A stretch of 64,000 bases of DNA from Akkermansia muciniphila. Its GTDB lineage: Bacteria > Verrucomicrobiota > Verrucomicrobiia > Limisphaerales > SXTU01. Of the stretch, positions 1 to 7,752 are shown piece by piece. Under the pieces are notes generated by a model. That model was not told where the DNA came from. It did no database searches and saw only the letters and a program-made list of their open reading frames with translations. The position numbers and the translations under genes were made by a program. The DNA lies in contig CAMCFN010000015.1 of assembly GCA_945874145.1 (NCBI GenBank), positions 1,183 to 65,182 of the forward strand, written 5' to 3'. The number at the start of each line of letters is the position of its first letter. The first letter of the stretch is position 1.

Positions 1-2511
1 AAGACGCTCGAGGTCGCGAGCGGATTGATCGTCCACGACGCGGCGAGCGGCCGGGAGCTCTGGCGCACAAAAGACGCGATTTGCGCGCTGTTCACCCCGG
101 ACGGCCAGGTGCTCGTCTCGAATAGGGGCCAAGTCCGTCTGCTCAACGGCACGACCGGCGCGCTCGTCAAGAACCTGCTGGACTTGCGTGATGGCGTCAC
201 GGAGCTGGTGCTGTCGCCGGATGGCGCGGTGCTCTACGTCGGATCCCAGGATGGCGTGGTGCGAGGCATGAAGCTCGCCGATAGCGCGATCACTTTTGAG
301 CAGCGGCTGACCGCGGGGCGTGGCTACCCGGTTTTGGCGCTCAGCTCCGACGGCCGGCGACTGCTCGCGGCAGCGAACCTGACTGGCGAAAGTCGCGTTG
401 CGCGCTTGTGGGACACGTCCACGGGGGTGATCCTGCAAACACTGATGGGCGGCACCGGACGGATCTCAGGTGTGGCGATGCATCCGCTCACCGCTGAAGC
501 CGTCATCAGCGGTCCGGAGACGCGCATGTGGGCGCTCGCCACGCGGACGGTGGCGTCGAAACTCCGCAGCCCTTCCTCGTCCTCGGTCTTCTGGGGCGCG
601 GAGGATGTCTTCATCGCGGCGGGCCTGCCCGTGAAGCTCGGCGGCAATGGCCGCTGGAGCAACCTGCCGCTACCGATGCCGCCGGAATTCCAAGCTGCCA
701 CCATTGTGGATGCTGTGGGGGAAGTCGCCGCATTTGGGAAAAGGGGGAGCCTCGCGATTGCGATTTTCCGCAAAACGGACGATGGCATTGCGCTGCTGCA
801 TACCCTGCAGACGAAGGGTGTCGGGAAGATTCGACTCAGCCCGGACGGCCGACGCCTCGCCTCAATTCAGAACGACACCCTCGAAGTGTTCGACACTGCC
901 TCTGGCCAGCGGCTCTGCCAGGCCGATGCGAAGCTGCTGCGCCGCATCCACGATATCGGCTGGGTGGGCGCCGACCGCATTGCCGGCATCGGCACGCAGG
1001 GCGTCCGCGGCCAGGCCTCGGCGGAGGCGCACCTCCTCCTGTGGGATGCCAAGACCGGCGCCCTCCTGCGCGACGTGCGCAACCCTACGAACGCGGACGT
1101 GCTCGCCGTCGCACCGGACGGACGCACCCTCGCCGAGGGCGGCGAGGACAAGCGCGTGCGCATCCGGGATACGGAAACGCTCGCGGTCATCCGCGAATTC
1201 CGCGCGCACGACGGCCCCATCACCGCGCTCGCCTTTCACCCGACGCAGCCCGTGATCGCCAGCGGCTCAACGGACCTGGCCGTGCGGCTCTGGAGCCTCG
1301 ACGACGACAGCCTCATCGAGGAGATTCGCCTTTCGGAGGACGCACCCTATCGCCTTTCCTTCAGCCCGGGCGGCACGCGCCTCGCTAGCACCGATCGTCA
1401 GTTTGATGGCGGCAGCGCGACTCTCTTCAATCTCGCCGAGCCCCCGCTCGGGAAATTCACGCGCAGCAGCTCGACGCGCACGGCCGTCGAGGTGACCGAT
1501 CATTCCGCTTTGCGCAAAACCGCGAGCAACCACGCCCGCGCGGGCCGCTTCGCCGAGGCGAAGAGGGCCTTCGCAGCGCTGTTGAAAACCGACCCCAATA
1601 GCACGCACGACTGTCTCCAGTTCGCCGTGCTGCTTGCGCAACTCAGCGATGAAGCCGGCTACCGCGCGCACTGCCACGAGTTCCTTGCCCGCTTCGCCAA
1701 CACCACCTCCGCCGGCTCGATGGAGCAGACTGGCAAGGGCTGTCTGCTGCTCCCGATTGGTGAGGCCGACCACGCCATCGCGCTGCAACTCGCGCACAAG
1801 GCCATCGCCACGGACCCGCAGAGTCAATTGGCGAACTACTACCGACTGGTCGACGGCTTGGCGCATGCTCGCGGCGGTGATTTTGCCAAGGCCATCGAGG
1901 TGCTCACGCCGCTGGTCGGCAACCCATCGCCTTACTTCAGTTCGTCTGCTGGCGCCCTGCTTGCGCTCGCGCAACTCCGCCTCGGCAAGACCGCCGAAGC
2001 CCGTGCCACGCTTGCCCGCGCCGAAGTGCTCGCCGCCGAAAAACTCCCGAAACCCGGCACCGACCTCGGCGGCGCCTGGCACGACGTGCTCATCTCCCGG
2101 ATGCTGCTCAAGGAAGCGCGCACCGCCCTCCCTGTCGCGATCAGACCTCCAGTGCCGAAAGGTGCCGATGGCTGGGAAGACCTCCTCGCCCCGCTCGCCC
2201 CCGCCGTGGTCGAGAAGACCGGCAACGGCTGGCGCATGGACAACGGCGCGCTTTTCAGCCCCGGCAAGCCATACGCGACCCTGCCACTGCCCGGCGATCT
2301 GAGCGGCACGAGCTACCAAGTGCGGGTGAAGCTGCGGCAGCTTGCTCCGAAGAATGTCTTCCACGTCGTCCTCCCCGTCGGTGACCGCATGGTGGGGTTT
2401 GATTTGGATGGTTTCAGCGGCCAATACACCGGCCTGGTGATGGTCAACGGCAAGTTTGGCAAAGACCTGCCCGGCTCTTTGGAGGGGAAGCAAGTGAAAG
2501 ACTCCGAGTGA
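1..2511 (+). CDS. WD40-repeat + TPR protein, 5'-truncated by the window edge; reading frame broken near its 3' end
   Basis: Frame is open from base 1. WD repeats include FRAHDGPITALAFHP...SGSTDLAVRLWS and ARLWDTSTG, followed by TPR-like helices (AGRFAEAKRAFAALLKTDPN). The stop at 2509-2511 is created by a 14-bp duplication. Confidence 0.8.
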   Translation, partial: KTLEVASGLIVHDAASGRELWRTKDAICALFTPDGQVLVSNRGQVRLLNGTTGALVKNLLDLRDGVTELVLSPDGAVLYVGSQDGVVRGMKLADSAITFEQRLTAGRGYPVLALSSDGRRLLAAANLTGESRVARLWDTSTGVILQTLMGGTGRISGVAMHPLTAEAVISGPETRMWALATRTVASKLRSPSSSSVFWGAEDVFIAAGLPVKLGGNGRWSNLPLPMPPEFQAATIVDAVGEVAAFGKRGSLAIAIFRKTDDGIALLHTLQTKGVGKIRLSPDGRRLASIQNDTLEVFDTASGQRLCQADAKLLRRIHDIGWVGADRIAGIGTQGVRGQASAEAHLLLWDAKTGALLRDVRNPTNADVLAVAPDGRTLAEGGEDKRVRIRDTETLAVIREFRAHDGPITALAFHPTQPVIASGSTDLAVRLWSLDDDSLIEEIRLSEDAPYRLSFSPGGTRLASTDRQFDGGSATLFNLAEPPLGKFTRSSSTRTAVEVTDHSALRKTASNHARAGRFAEAKRAFAALLKTDPNSTHDCLQFAVLLAQLSDEAGYRAHCHEFLARFANTTSAGSMEQTGKGCLLLPIGEADHAIALQLAHKAIATDPQSQLANYYRLVDGLAHARGGDFAKAIEVLTPLVGNPSPYFSSSAGALLALAQLRLGKTAEARATLARAEVLAAEKLPKPGTDLGGAWHDVLISRMLLKEARTALPVAIRPPVPKGADGWEDLLAPLAPAVVEKTGNGWRMDNGALFSPGKPYATLPLPGDLSGTSYQVRVKLRQLAPKNVFHVVLPVGDRMVGFDLDGFSGQYTGLVMVNGKFGKDLPGSLEGKQVKDSE

Positions 2512-2520
2512 AAGACTCCG
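2493..2520 (+). repeat. Perfect 14-bp tandem duplication (agtgaaagactccg x2)
   Basis: Read directly at 2493-2506 and 2507-2520. Confidence 0.95.
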
Positions 2521-2744
2521 AGCCTCATGACCTGGAAGTGACCGTCCGCCTCGAAGGAGCCAACGCCACCATCACCATCACGCTCGACGGCCAACCGCTC
2601 TACACTTGGGCCGGCCCGGTGTCCTCGCTCAACCAGCATCCCTCTTGGAAGACCCCGCCCGGCACCCTCGCCCTCGGCACCTTCGCCGCCGACTGGGTGG
2701 TGTCTGAGGTGAAGGTGAAGCGGCTGGACGCAGGGAAGAAGTAG
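2508..2744 (+). pseudogene. Frameshifted C-terminal part of the WD40/TPR gene (beta-rich domain)
   Basis: Starts with VKDSE, the same residues that end the upstream ORF. Removing one copy of agtgaaagactccg joins the two ORFs in frame. Confidence 0.75.
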
Positions 2745-3035
2745 CAAGCCCCCGTTCCACAGCGTCGGCCAAGATAAATCACTGCCCCCCGTCCAGACCG
2801 CCGAGGAATTCTGGAAGGAATACGACGCGCAGCCGAAGCCGGCGGGGAAGAAGTGAGCCAGTCTCCGAGGTGAAGTTGAAGCGGCTGGTAGCGAAGTGAG
2901 GGAGCGTCCACCACGGGCTTCCGCCCATGACGGAGGAATCAAGCATCGCCGCGCCACCGCCCATAGAGTTGATGGCGCGAATCGCCAATGGCCAGCCCGG
3001 GGAAACGGCAGTCGGAGCGCTGGGACCCGGCACCT

Positions 3036-3068
3036 AAAAAGGAGCCACCCCTCGCGGGATGGCTTGTT
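3036..3068 (-). terminator. Probable intrinsic terminator of the 3078-3758 gene
   Basis: Minus strand aagccatcccgcgaggggtggctccttttt: a hairpin plus T tract about 10 nt after the stop. Confidence 0.6.
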
Positions 3069-3077
3069 TCGCGGTGC

Positions 3078-3758
3078 TTACGCCACGCGGCGGTCCAACC
3101 GACACGCCATCTGTTCGCGCATGGCGGTCAGGTTTTCGCGCCAGCGCGGCGTGCGCTGAATCAATCGAAGCACGTCGGCGCCCATGAATGTCCGCACGAG
3201 TTCCGTGAGCTGGTTGCGCCAGCCTTGGACCGTCGTGCGACACACGCCGTTGCGCGTCGCCAGTTCCTGGAGCCGGATGTCGTCGGCCATGCAGTGCAGG
3301 ACCGCCAGCGCCTTTGCGTCCAGCGTGGCGACCAACGCCTGCCAGTCGAGGTTGCGGGCGGCGGTCTCCGACGGGTCCCCGGCGTCACTGGCAAGTACGT
3401 CGCCGAGCGTCATCGGCTCATCCAGCGATTGCTCCTCAGACGGGATGGGCGCGGCGAGTGACGTGACCCTGCTGTTGCCCACGATCTGGGTGCGCGTGCC
3501 CATGGCGTCGCTGCGACTCGCACTGTGGCTGCGCCGGCCGCAGCGGACGTGCAGCATCGTGTAGTAGGCGATGTTGCCGGGTGTCACCTGCTTGCCGTTG
3601 GCGCGGGCGCGGGCGAGCAAGCGGGCGGCCATCAGGGTCGCGTCTTGCAGGACTTCCTCGGCGTCCTCCGCGCCAACGAAGGAAACGTGGTGTGGGATCA
3701 TGTGGCGGAGGCGGGGGACAATTTCATTGATGAGGACAGTATCGGCGTGGGAACTCAT
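3078..3758 (-). CDS. Hypothetical protein with sigma-70/ECF-like features, island-associated
   Basis: EDAEEVLQDA resembles ECF region 2, and LQELATRNGVCRTTVQGWR resembles a region-4 HTH. The start is uncertain (3758 or 3779). Confidence 0.55.
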   Translation of the reverse strand: MSSHADTVLINEIVPRLRHMIPHHVSFVGAEDAEEVLQDATLMAARLLARARANGKQVTPGNIAYYTMLHVRCGRRSHSASRSDAMGTRTQIVGNSRVTSLAAPIPSEEQSLDEPMTLGDVLASDAGDPSETAARNLDWQALVATLDAKALAVLHCMADDIRLQELATRNGVCRTTVQGWRNQLTELVRTFMGADVLRLIQRTPRWRENLTAMREQMACRLDRRVA

Positions 3759-3963
3759 AATCTCCTGTGGGTCAACCAACGTGAACCCTTGTGAAGCCGC
3801 TCCCGCCAGCGGCAGGAGATCACGGCCGGGACGGGGAAGGAGCAGCTAGGCTTACCTTCAAGGGTTTATAGCCCCGGGGATGGGGCTGTTGCGGGGCAGG
3901 GGAGTGCGGCCCGTGTCGGCGACCGGAAGGCGTGAACTACACCTTGCCCTATGCGAGAGGCGT

Positions 3964-5268
3964 TCAGGCCGCTGCGGAGTGGGCGCCCATTGGGACGATC
4001 TTGCTGGCTCCCGGCGGGACGATTGCGAACCAGGATTTCGCGGCGGCAGGTGTTACGAGTTGGCGGTAGTTCCTAAAAACCATCTGGGGCGAGTTGCCGG
4101 CTTCCAAGGCGACCTGCGCTACATTCTGAATGTCTGCTACACGATAGGAAATAAACGAATGCCGTAGCGCATTGTGTCGCCATTCAAATTCGCAGGGCTG
4201 ACCGCGCTCCTCCCGCAAGCGGCTTACCTCCTCCGCCAGCTTGCCAAATTGATTCCACCAACTGGTATATTCCGTGAGCTTGCCAGCTCCCTGTGCGTAG
4301 GGAGCAAGCCATGCCGCAAGATTCTCCGTAATGGGGACGAGCCGGCGGGCTGCCGTCTTGGACTTGCTGGCTTTGATTTCGATGTGCCTTTCCGTCAAAT
4401 TCACCTCACTCCAGTCCGATCTCTGAATCTCTGCTGATCGAAGTCCAGCGAAACCGCCAATGGCAATCCATGGCACCATCTCCGGCCGGGCGGCGGTCAG
4501 GATTTCCTGCATCTCACCGGGTGTGAAAATCTCAATCTCGCCACTGTCCTCCTTCGCCTGCTGAACCGCTTCGATTTCCTCAACCGCATCCTTCGGAAGA
4601 TATTTCCGCTTGATGGCAAAATTGAACAGAGCCGCGATCACTCGGAGATAATTCAACTTGGTCCGCCCGCTGCCGGTCATGGCGTCGAGCCAGGCCTGAA
4701 TCAGGCTTCCGGACACTCCACTTATGTTCATTTGAAAGGCGTCAGCGAAGCGGTTCAAGCGGCACTCCAGATCTTTCAAGTGCACTTCGGACAGATTCGC
4801 CTTGCGCTTGGCGGCCAACATCTCGTCAGCAACCTGTCGGACTGTTCGCTTTTCTAGTGTGGTAGGGTTACGGCGGCGAAAGAAGTCCACCGCCTCCTTG
4901 AGCGTGGCACCGTCGGGCAGTTGCTTGATGGCGGAGGTGTATTCTTGAACCGCCAAGTTTAATGGCCGTTGGAAAGGGAGCAACCGTTCCAGAGCTTCGA
5001 GGTAAACTGCGCGATCGGTGGAAGTGAGTCGAAGAACCTGATTTTCCCCGTTCGCAAGCTTAGTAGCGGTCAGTTCGGCTTCACGCTTGGCTGCAGGGAG
5101 GTCGGCGAATGTTTTTTTCTTACGCTGGCTCCCGTCGTAATACACAACGGTGAACTGTTTGTAGGAAGCGCCACCCACTCGGTTCGTAACAGTGTAGATC
5201 TTCACCGTCACGCTTCCGCGTTTGACCTGAATGGGAGTGGGCGCACCTGGGCGAGTCTTTGTTCCCAT
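3964..5268 (-). CDS. Tyrosine recombinase / integrase
   Basis: Catalytic motifs AGLRSAEI (R), KSKT (K), HNALRHSF (HxxR), AGNS and FRNY (Y). Lies next to a tRNA 3' end. The start may be 5283. Confidence 0.9.
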   Translation of the reverse strand: MGTKTRPGAPTPIQVKRGSVTVKIYTVTNRVGGASYKQFTVVYYDGSQRKKKTFADLPAAKREAELTATKLANGENQVLRLTSTDRAVYLEALERLLPFQRPLNLAVQEYTSAIKQLPDGATLKEAVDFFRRRNPTTLEKRTVRQVADEMLAAKRKANLSEVHLKDLECRLNRFADAFQMNISGVSGSLIQAWLDAMTGSGRTKLNYLRVIAALFNFAIKRKYLPKDAVEEIEAVQQAKEDSGEIEIFTPGEMQEILTAARPEMVPWIAIGGFAGLRSAEIQRSDWSEVNLTERHIEIKASKSKTAARRLVPITENLAAWLAPYAQGAGKLTEYTSWWNQFGKLAEEVSRLREERGQPCEFEWRHNALRHSFISYRVADIQNVAQVALEAGNSPQMVFRNYRQLVTPAAAKSWFAIVPPGASKIVPMGAHSAAA

Positions 5269-5274
5269 ACCAAG

Positions 5275-5296
5275 ACTGTCCACAAACTGTCCACAA
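5275..5296. repeat. 11-bp tandem direct repeat actgtccacaa x2 (candidate integrase arm-type sites)
   Basis: Seen at 5275-5285 and 5286-5296, between the tRNA 3' end and the integrase. Confidence 0.7.
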
Positions 5297-5329
5297 AAGT
5301 CAATCTACTGTAAAACCTCCATAAAACCA

Positions 5330-5406
5330 TGGTGCGCGAGGCGGGGGTCGAACCCACAACCTTCGGCTTCGGAGACCGACGCTCTATCCAATTGAGCTAC
5401 TCGCGC
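5330..5406 (-). tRNA. tRNA-Arg(CCG)
   Basis: Reverse complement gcgcgagtagctcaattggatagagcgtcggtctCCGaagccgaaggttgtgggttcgacccccgcctcgcgcacca folds as a cloverleaf with an encoded CCA. Confidence 0.96.
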
Positions 5407-5407
5407 A

Positions 5408-5481
5408 TGGAGCGGGTGAAGGGAATCGAACCCTCGTAACTAGTTTGGAAGACTAGCGCTCTACCATTGAGCTACACCCGC
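5408..5481 (-). tRNA. tRNA-Gly(TCC)
   Basis: Reverse complement gcgggtgtagctcaatggtagagcgctagtctTCCaaactagttacgagggttcgattcccttcacccgctcca. Confidence 0.96.
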
Positions 5482-5492
5482 ATAACGTCTCC

Positions 5493-5520
5493 ACTCTACC
5501 GAGCGGACTTGCCCTGTCAA
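5493..5520 (-). promoter_or_regulatory. Sigma70-type promoter of the tRNA pair
   Basis: TTGACA-16 nt-TAGAGT on the minus strand, about 11 nt upstream of tRNA-Gly. Confidence 0.65.
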
Positions 5521-5547
5521 TTCAGGCGCGGTTAATCTCGCTGCCCG

Positions 5548-6921
5548 ATGACTTCACTGCTTCTTTCCGGCGGCCGGGTGATTGACCCCGCCAACGGGCT
5601 CGATCTGATGGCCGACGTGCTGGTCGTGGACGGAAAAATCGCCGCCATCGGCCCGGATGCCCGCGCGAAACTGCCGCCAGACAACACGCCAACCGAGCTG
5701 GATGTCCGGGGGCAGGTGGTTTGCCCGGGACTGATTGATCTACACGTCCACCTGCGCGAGCCGGGGCAGTCGGCCAAGGAAACCATCGCAGCGGGCACCA
5801 AGGCGGCGGCGCGGGGAGGCTTCACCAGTGTCGTGTGTATGCCCAACACCACGCCCGCCATCGACAACGCCGGACAGGTGGCGCTGGTCCGTGAGAAGGC
5901 GGCACGGGATGCCATCGTAAACGTCTATGTGACCGGGGCCATTACCAAGGGCATCGCAGGCGAGGAGCTTGCGCCCATCGGTTCCTTGAAGAGTGCGGGC
6001 GTGGTGGCCATCACCGATGACGGCCACTGCGTGCAAAGCAACGAGCTGATGCGTCGCGCCCTCGAATACGCGAAGATGTTTGACCTGCCGATCATGGACC
6101 ATTGCCAAGACTACGCGCTGGTCACCGAGGGGGTGATGCACGAAGGCTACTGGAGCACCGTGCTGGGCCTGCGCGGCTGGCCGGCCGCCGGGGAGGACGC
6201 CATCGTGGCCCGGAACATCCTGCTGGCGGAGCTCACCGGCGCGCATGTGCATTGCCAGCATCTCGGCACCGCCGGGAGCGTGCGGCTCCTGCGCGAAGCG
6301 AAACAGCGTGGCGTGCCGATTTCTGGCGAGGCCTGCTGCCACCACTTCACGCTCACCGACGCGGCCATCGCTGGCAGCGAGAAGTTCTGGGCGGCGGACG
6401 GCAAGGCCATCTTCGGCTATCACGACGGCGGTTATCCCCGGCCGAGCTGGCCGGTGTATGACACGAACTTCAAGATGAACCCGCCGCTGCGCTCGGCCGC
6501 TGATCGCGAGGCGATTCTGGAGGCGCTCGCGGACGGGACGCTCGAAATTCTGGCCAGCGACCACGCTCCGCATTGTGATTTTCAGAAGGAGGTCGAGTTT
6601 GATTACGCGCCGTTCGGGATTACCGGGCTGGAGAACGAATTAGCCCTTTCCCTGATGCAGCTCTACCACACCAAGCGCCTCAGCCTGCCCGCCCTCATCG
6701 AGAAATACACCGCGAATCCCGCCCGCCTCCTGCGGCTCAAGAAGGGCACCTTGTCCGTGGGCGCGGACGCCGACATCACCGTGCTCGATCCGGATCGCGA
6801 GTGGGTGTTTGAGCGCAAGGACACCGCCAGCAAATCGCAAAACAACCCCTTTTACGGCTGGACGCTGAAGGGGTGCGCCACGGCGACCATCGTGGGTGGA
6901 AAAATCGTGTGGCGGATTTAG
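5548..6921 (+). CDS. pyrC: Dihydroorotase
   Basis: Motifs PGLIDLHVHLREPG, GGFTSVVCMPNT, KMNPPLR and ASDHAPH. Confidence 0.93.
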   Translation: MTSLLLSGGRVIDPANGLDLMADVLVVDGKIAAIGPDARAKLPPDNTPTELDVRGQVVCPGLIDLHVHLREPGQSAKETIAAGTKAAARGGFTSVVCMPNTTPAIDNAGQVALVREKAARDAIVNVYVTGAITKGIAGEELAPIGSLKSAGVVAITDDGHCVQSNELMRRALEYAKMFDLPIMDHCQDYALVTEGVMHEGYWSTVLGLRGWPAAGEDAIVARNILLAELTGAHVHCQHLGTAGSVRLLREAKQRGVPISGEACCHHFTLTDAAIAGSEKFWAADGKAIFGYHDGGYPRPSWPVYDTNFKMNPPLRSAADREAILEALADGTLEILASDHAPHCDFQKEVEFDYAPFGITGLENELALSLMQLYHTKRLSLPALIEKYTANPARLLRLKKGTLSVGADADITVLDPDREWVFERKDTASKSQNNPFYGWTLKGCATATIVGGKIVWRI

Positions 6922-6975
6922 GCAACCCGATTAGTTTCAGTGCCAAGTATCTGCATTAACAACCCATTGCCCTTC

Positions 6976-7413
6976 ATGAAAAAACTCGCCCTCCTTCTCG
7001 CCGTCGGCTTTGCCGCGTTTCAGTTGTCAGCCGCCGAGGCTGGTTGGATGACGGATTTCGCCAAGGCCCAGGAAAAGGCCAAGTCGGAGAAGAAACTGGT
7101 GTTCATGGATTTCACCGGATCGGACTGGTGCCCGCCGTGCAAGAACCTCCACAAGACCGTGTTGATCGCCTCGGAGTTCACGGCCTTTGCCAAGGACAAC
7201 CTCGTGCTGGTGGAACTGGACTTCCCCAACAACAAACCCCAGTCCGCCGAACTGAAGGCGGCGAACCAGAAGCTGGCCGAGCGTTTCAAGGTCGAGGGTT
7301 ATCCGACCGTGATCGTCCTGGATGCGGCCGGCAAGGAGTTGTTCCGCGAAGTCGGCTACGGCGGCACCCCGGTGAAGGCTTACGTGGCGAAGCTCGCGAA
7401 GCTGAAGAAGTAG
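6976..7413 (+). CDS. Exported thioredoxin-family protein
   Basis: Signal peptide, FTGSDWCPPC (CxxC) and GYPT cis-Pro loop. Confidence 0.88.
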   Translation: MKKLALLLAVGFAAFQLSAAEAGWMTDFAKAQEKAKSEKKLVFMDFTGSDWCPPCKNLHKTVLIASEFTAFAKDNLVLVELDFPNNKPQSAELKAANQKLAERFKVEGYPTVIVLDAAGKELFREVGYGGTPVKAYVAKLAKLKK

Positions 7414-7435
7414 CTCACAGCAGTTTTCACATTAT

Positions 7436-7469
7436 GCGGCGCAGTCTTTCAGGCTGCGCTGTTTTGTTT
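7436..7469 (+). terminator. Probable intrinsic terminator
   Basis: gcggcgcagtc-tttc-aggctgcgctgt stem-loop followed by tttgttt. Confidence 0.6.
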
Positions 7470-7529
7470 CAGGCCAGAGTTTGCCGGGCGCTTGAACTGC
7501 AAGAATTTATCCCGAACTCCGGAGCGGAC

Positions 7530-7686
7530 GGGTCGCACAGGCTACCAGCCTGTGCCGAGCGGCTACCAGCCGCTCGGAACGACAGCGAGGTGCAGATTGT
7601 TTCGGGCTGCGCTGGCCAAAGGTCGCCGTCTAGTCATTCCGTCGGGCCAGTGGCCCGACGGCACGGGCTGGTAGCCCGTGCCACCC
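7530..7686. repeat. REP/REPIN-like inverted doublet, each arm with two internal hairpins
   Basis: Left arm gggtcgcacaggctaccagcctgtgccgagcggctaccagccgctcggaacga matches the reverse complement of the right arm (gggtggcacgggctaccagcccgtgccgtcgggccactggcccgacggaatga), with pairing-preserving differences. Confidence 0.85.
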
Positions 7687-7752
7687 CCTTCACCTGCGTA
7701 TCCGATAGTCCTCAGCATTCAGGGACAGGGCGCGCGGAACGGGATACCTCGC

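Larger units (their letters stand above)
1..5330. mobile_element. Right end of an integrative genomic island inserted at tRNA-Arg(CCG)
   Basis: Integrase begins about 60 bp from the tRNA CCA end, with a tandem 11-bp repeat between them. No second att copy was seen in the window, so the left extent is unknown. Confidence 0.65.

Noticed and set aside
2700-2899. Gene 3' end plus a downstream near-copy as a possible DGR variable/template repeat pair
   Set aside because: The copy is only about 35 bp, mismatches are not adenine-specific, and no reverse transcriptase is present in the window.
1-3960. Second att site (duplicate of the tRNA-Arg 3' end)
   Set aside because: Only short chance matches were found; the other junction probably lies outside the window.
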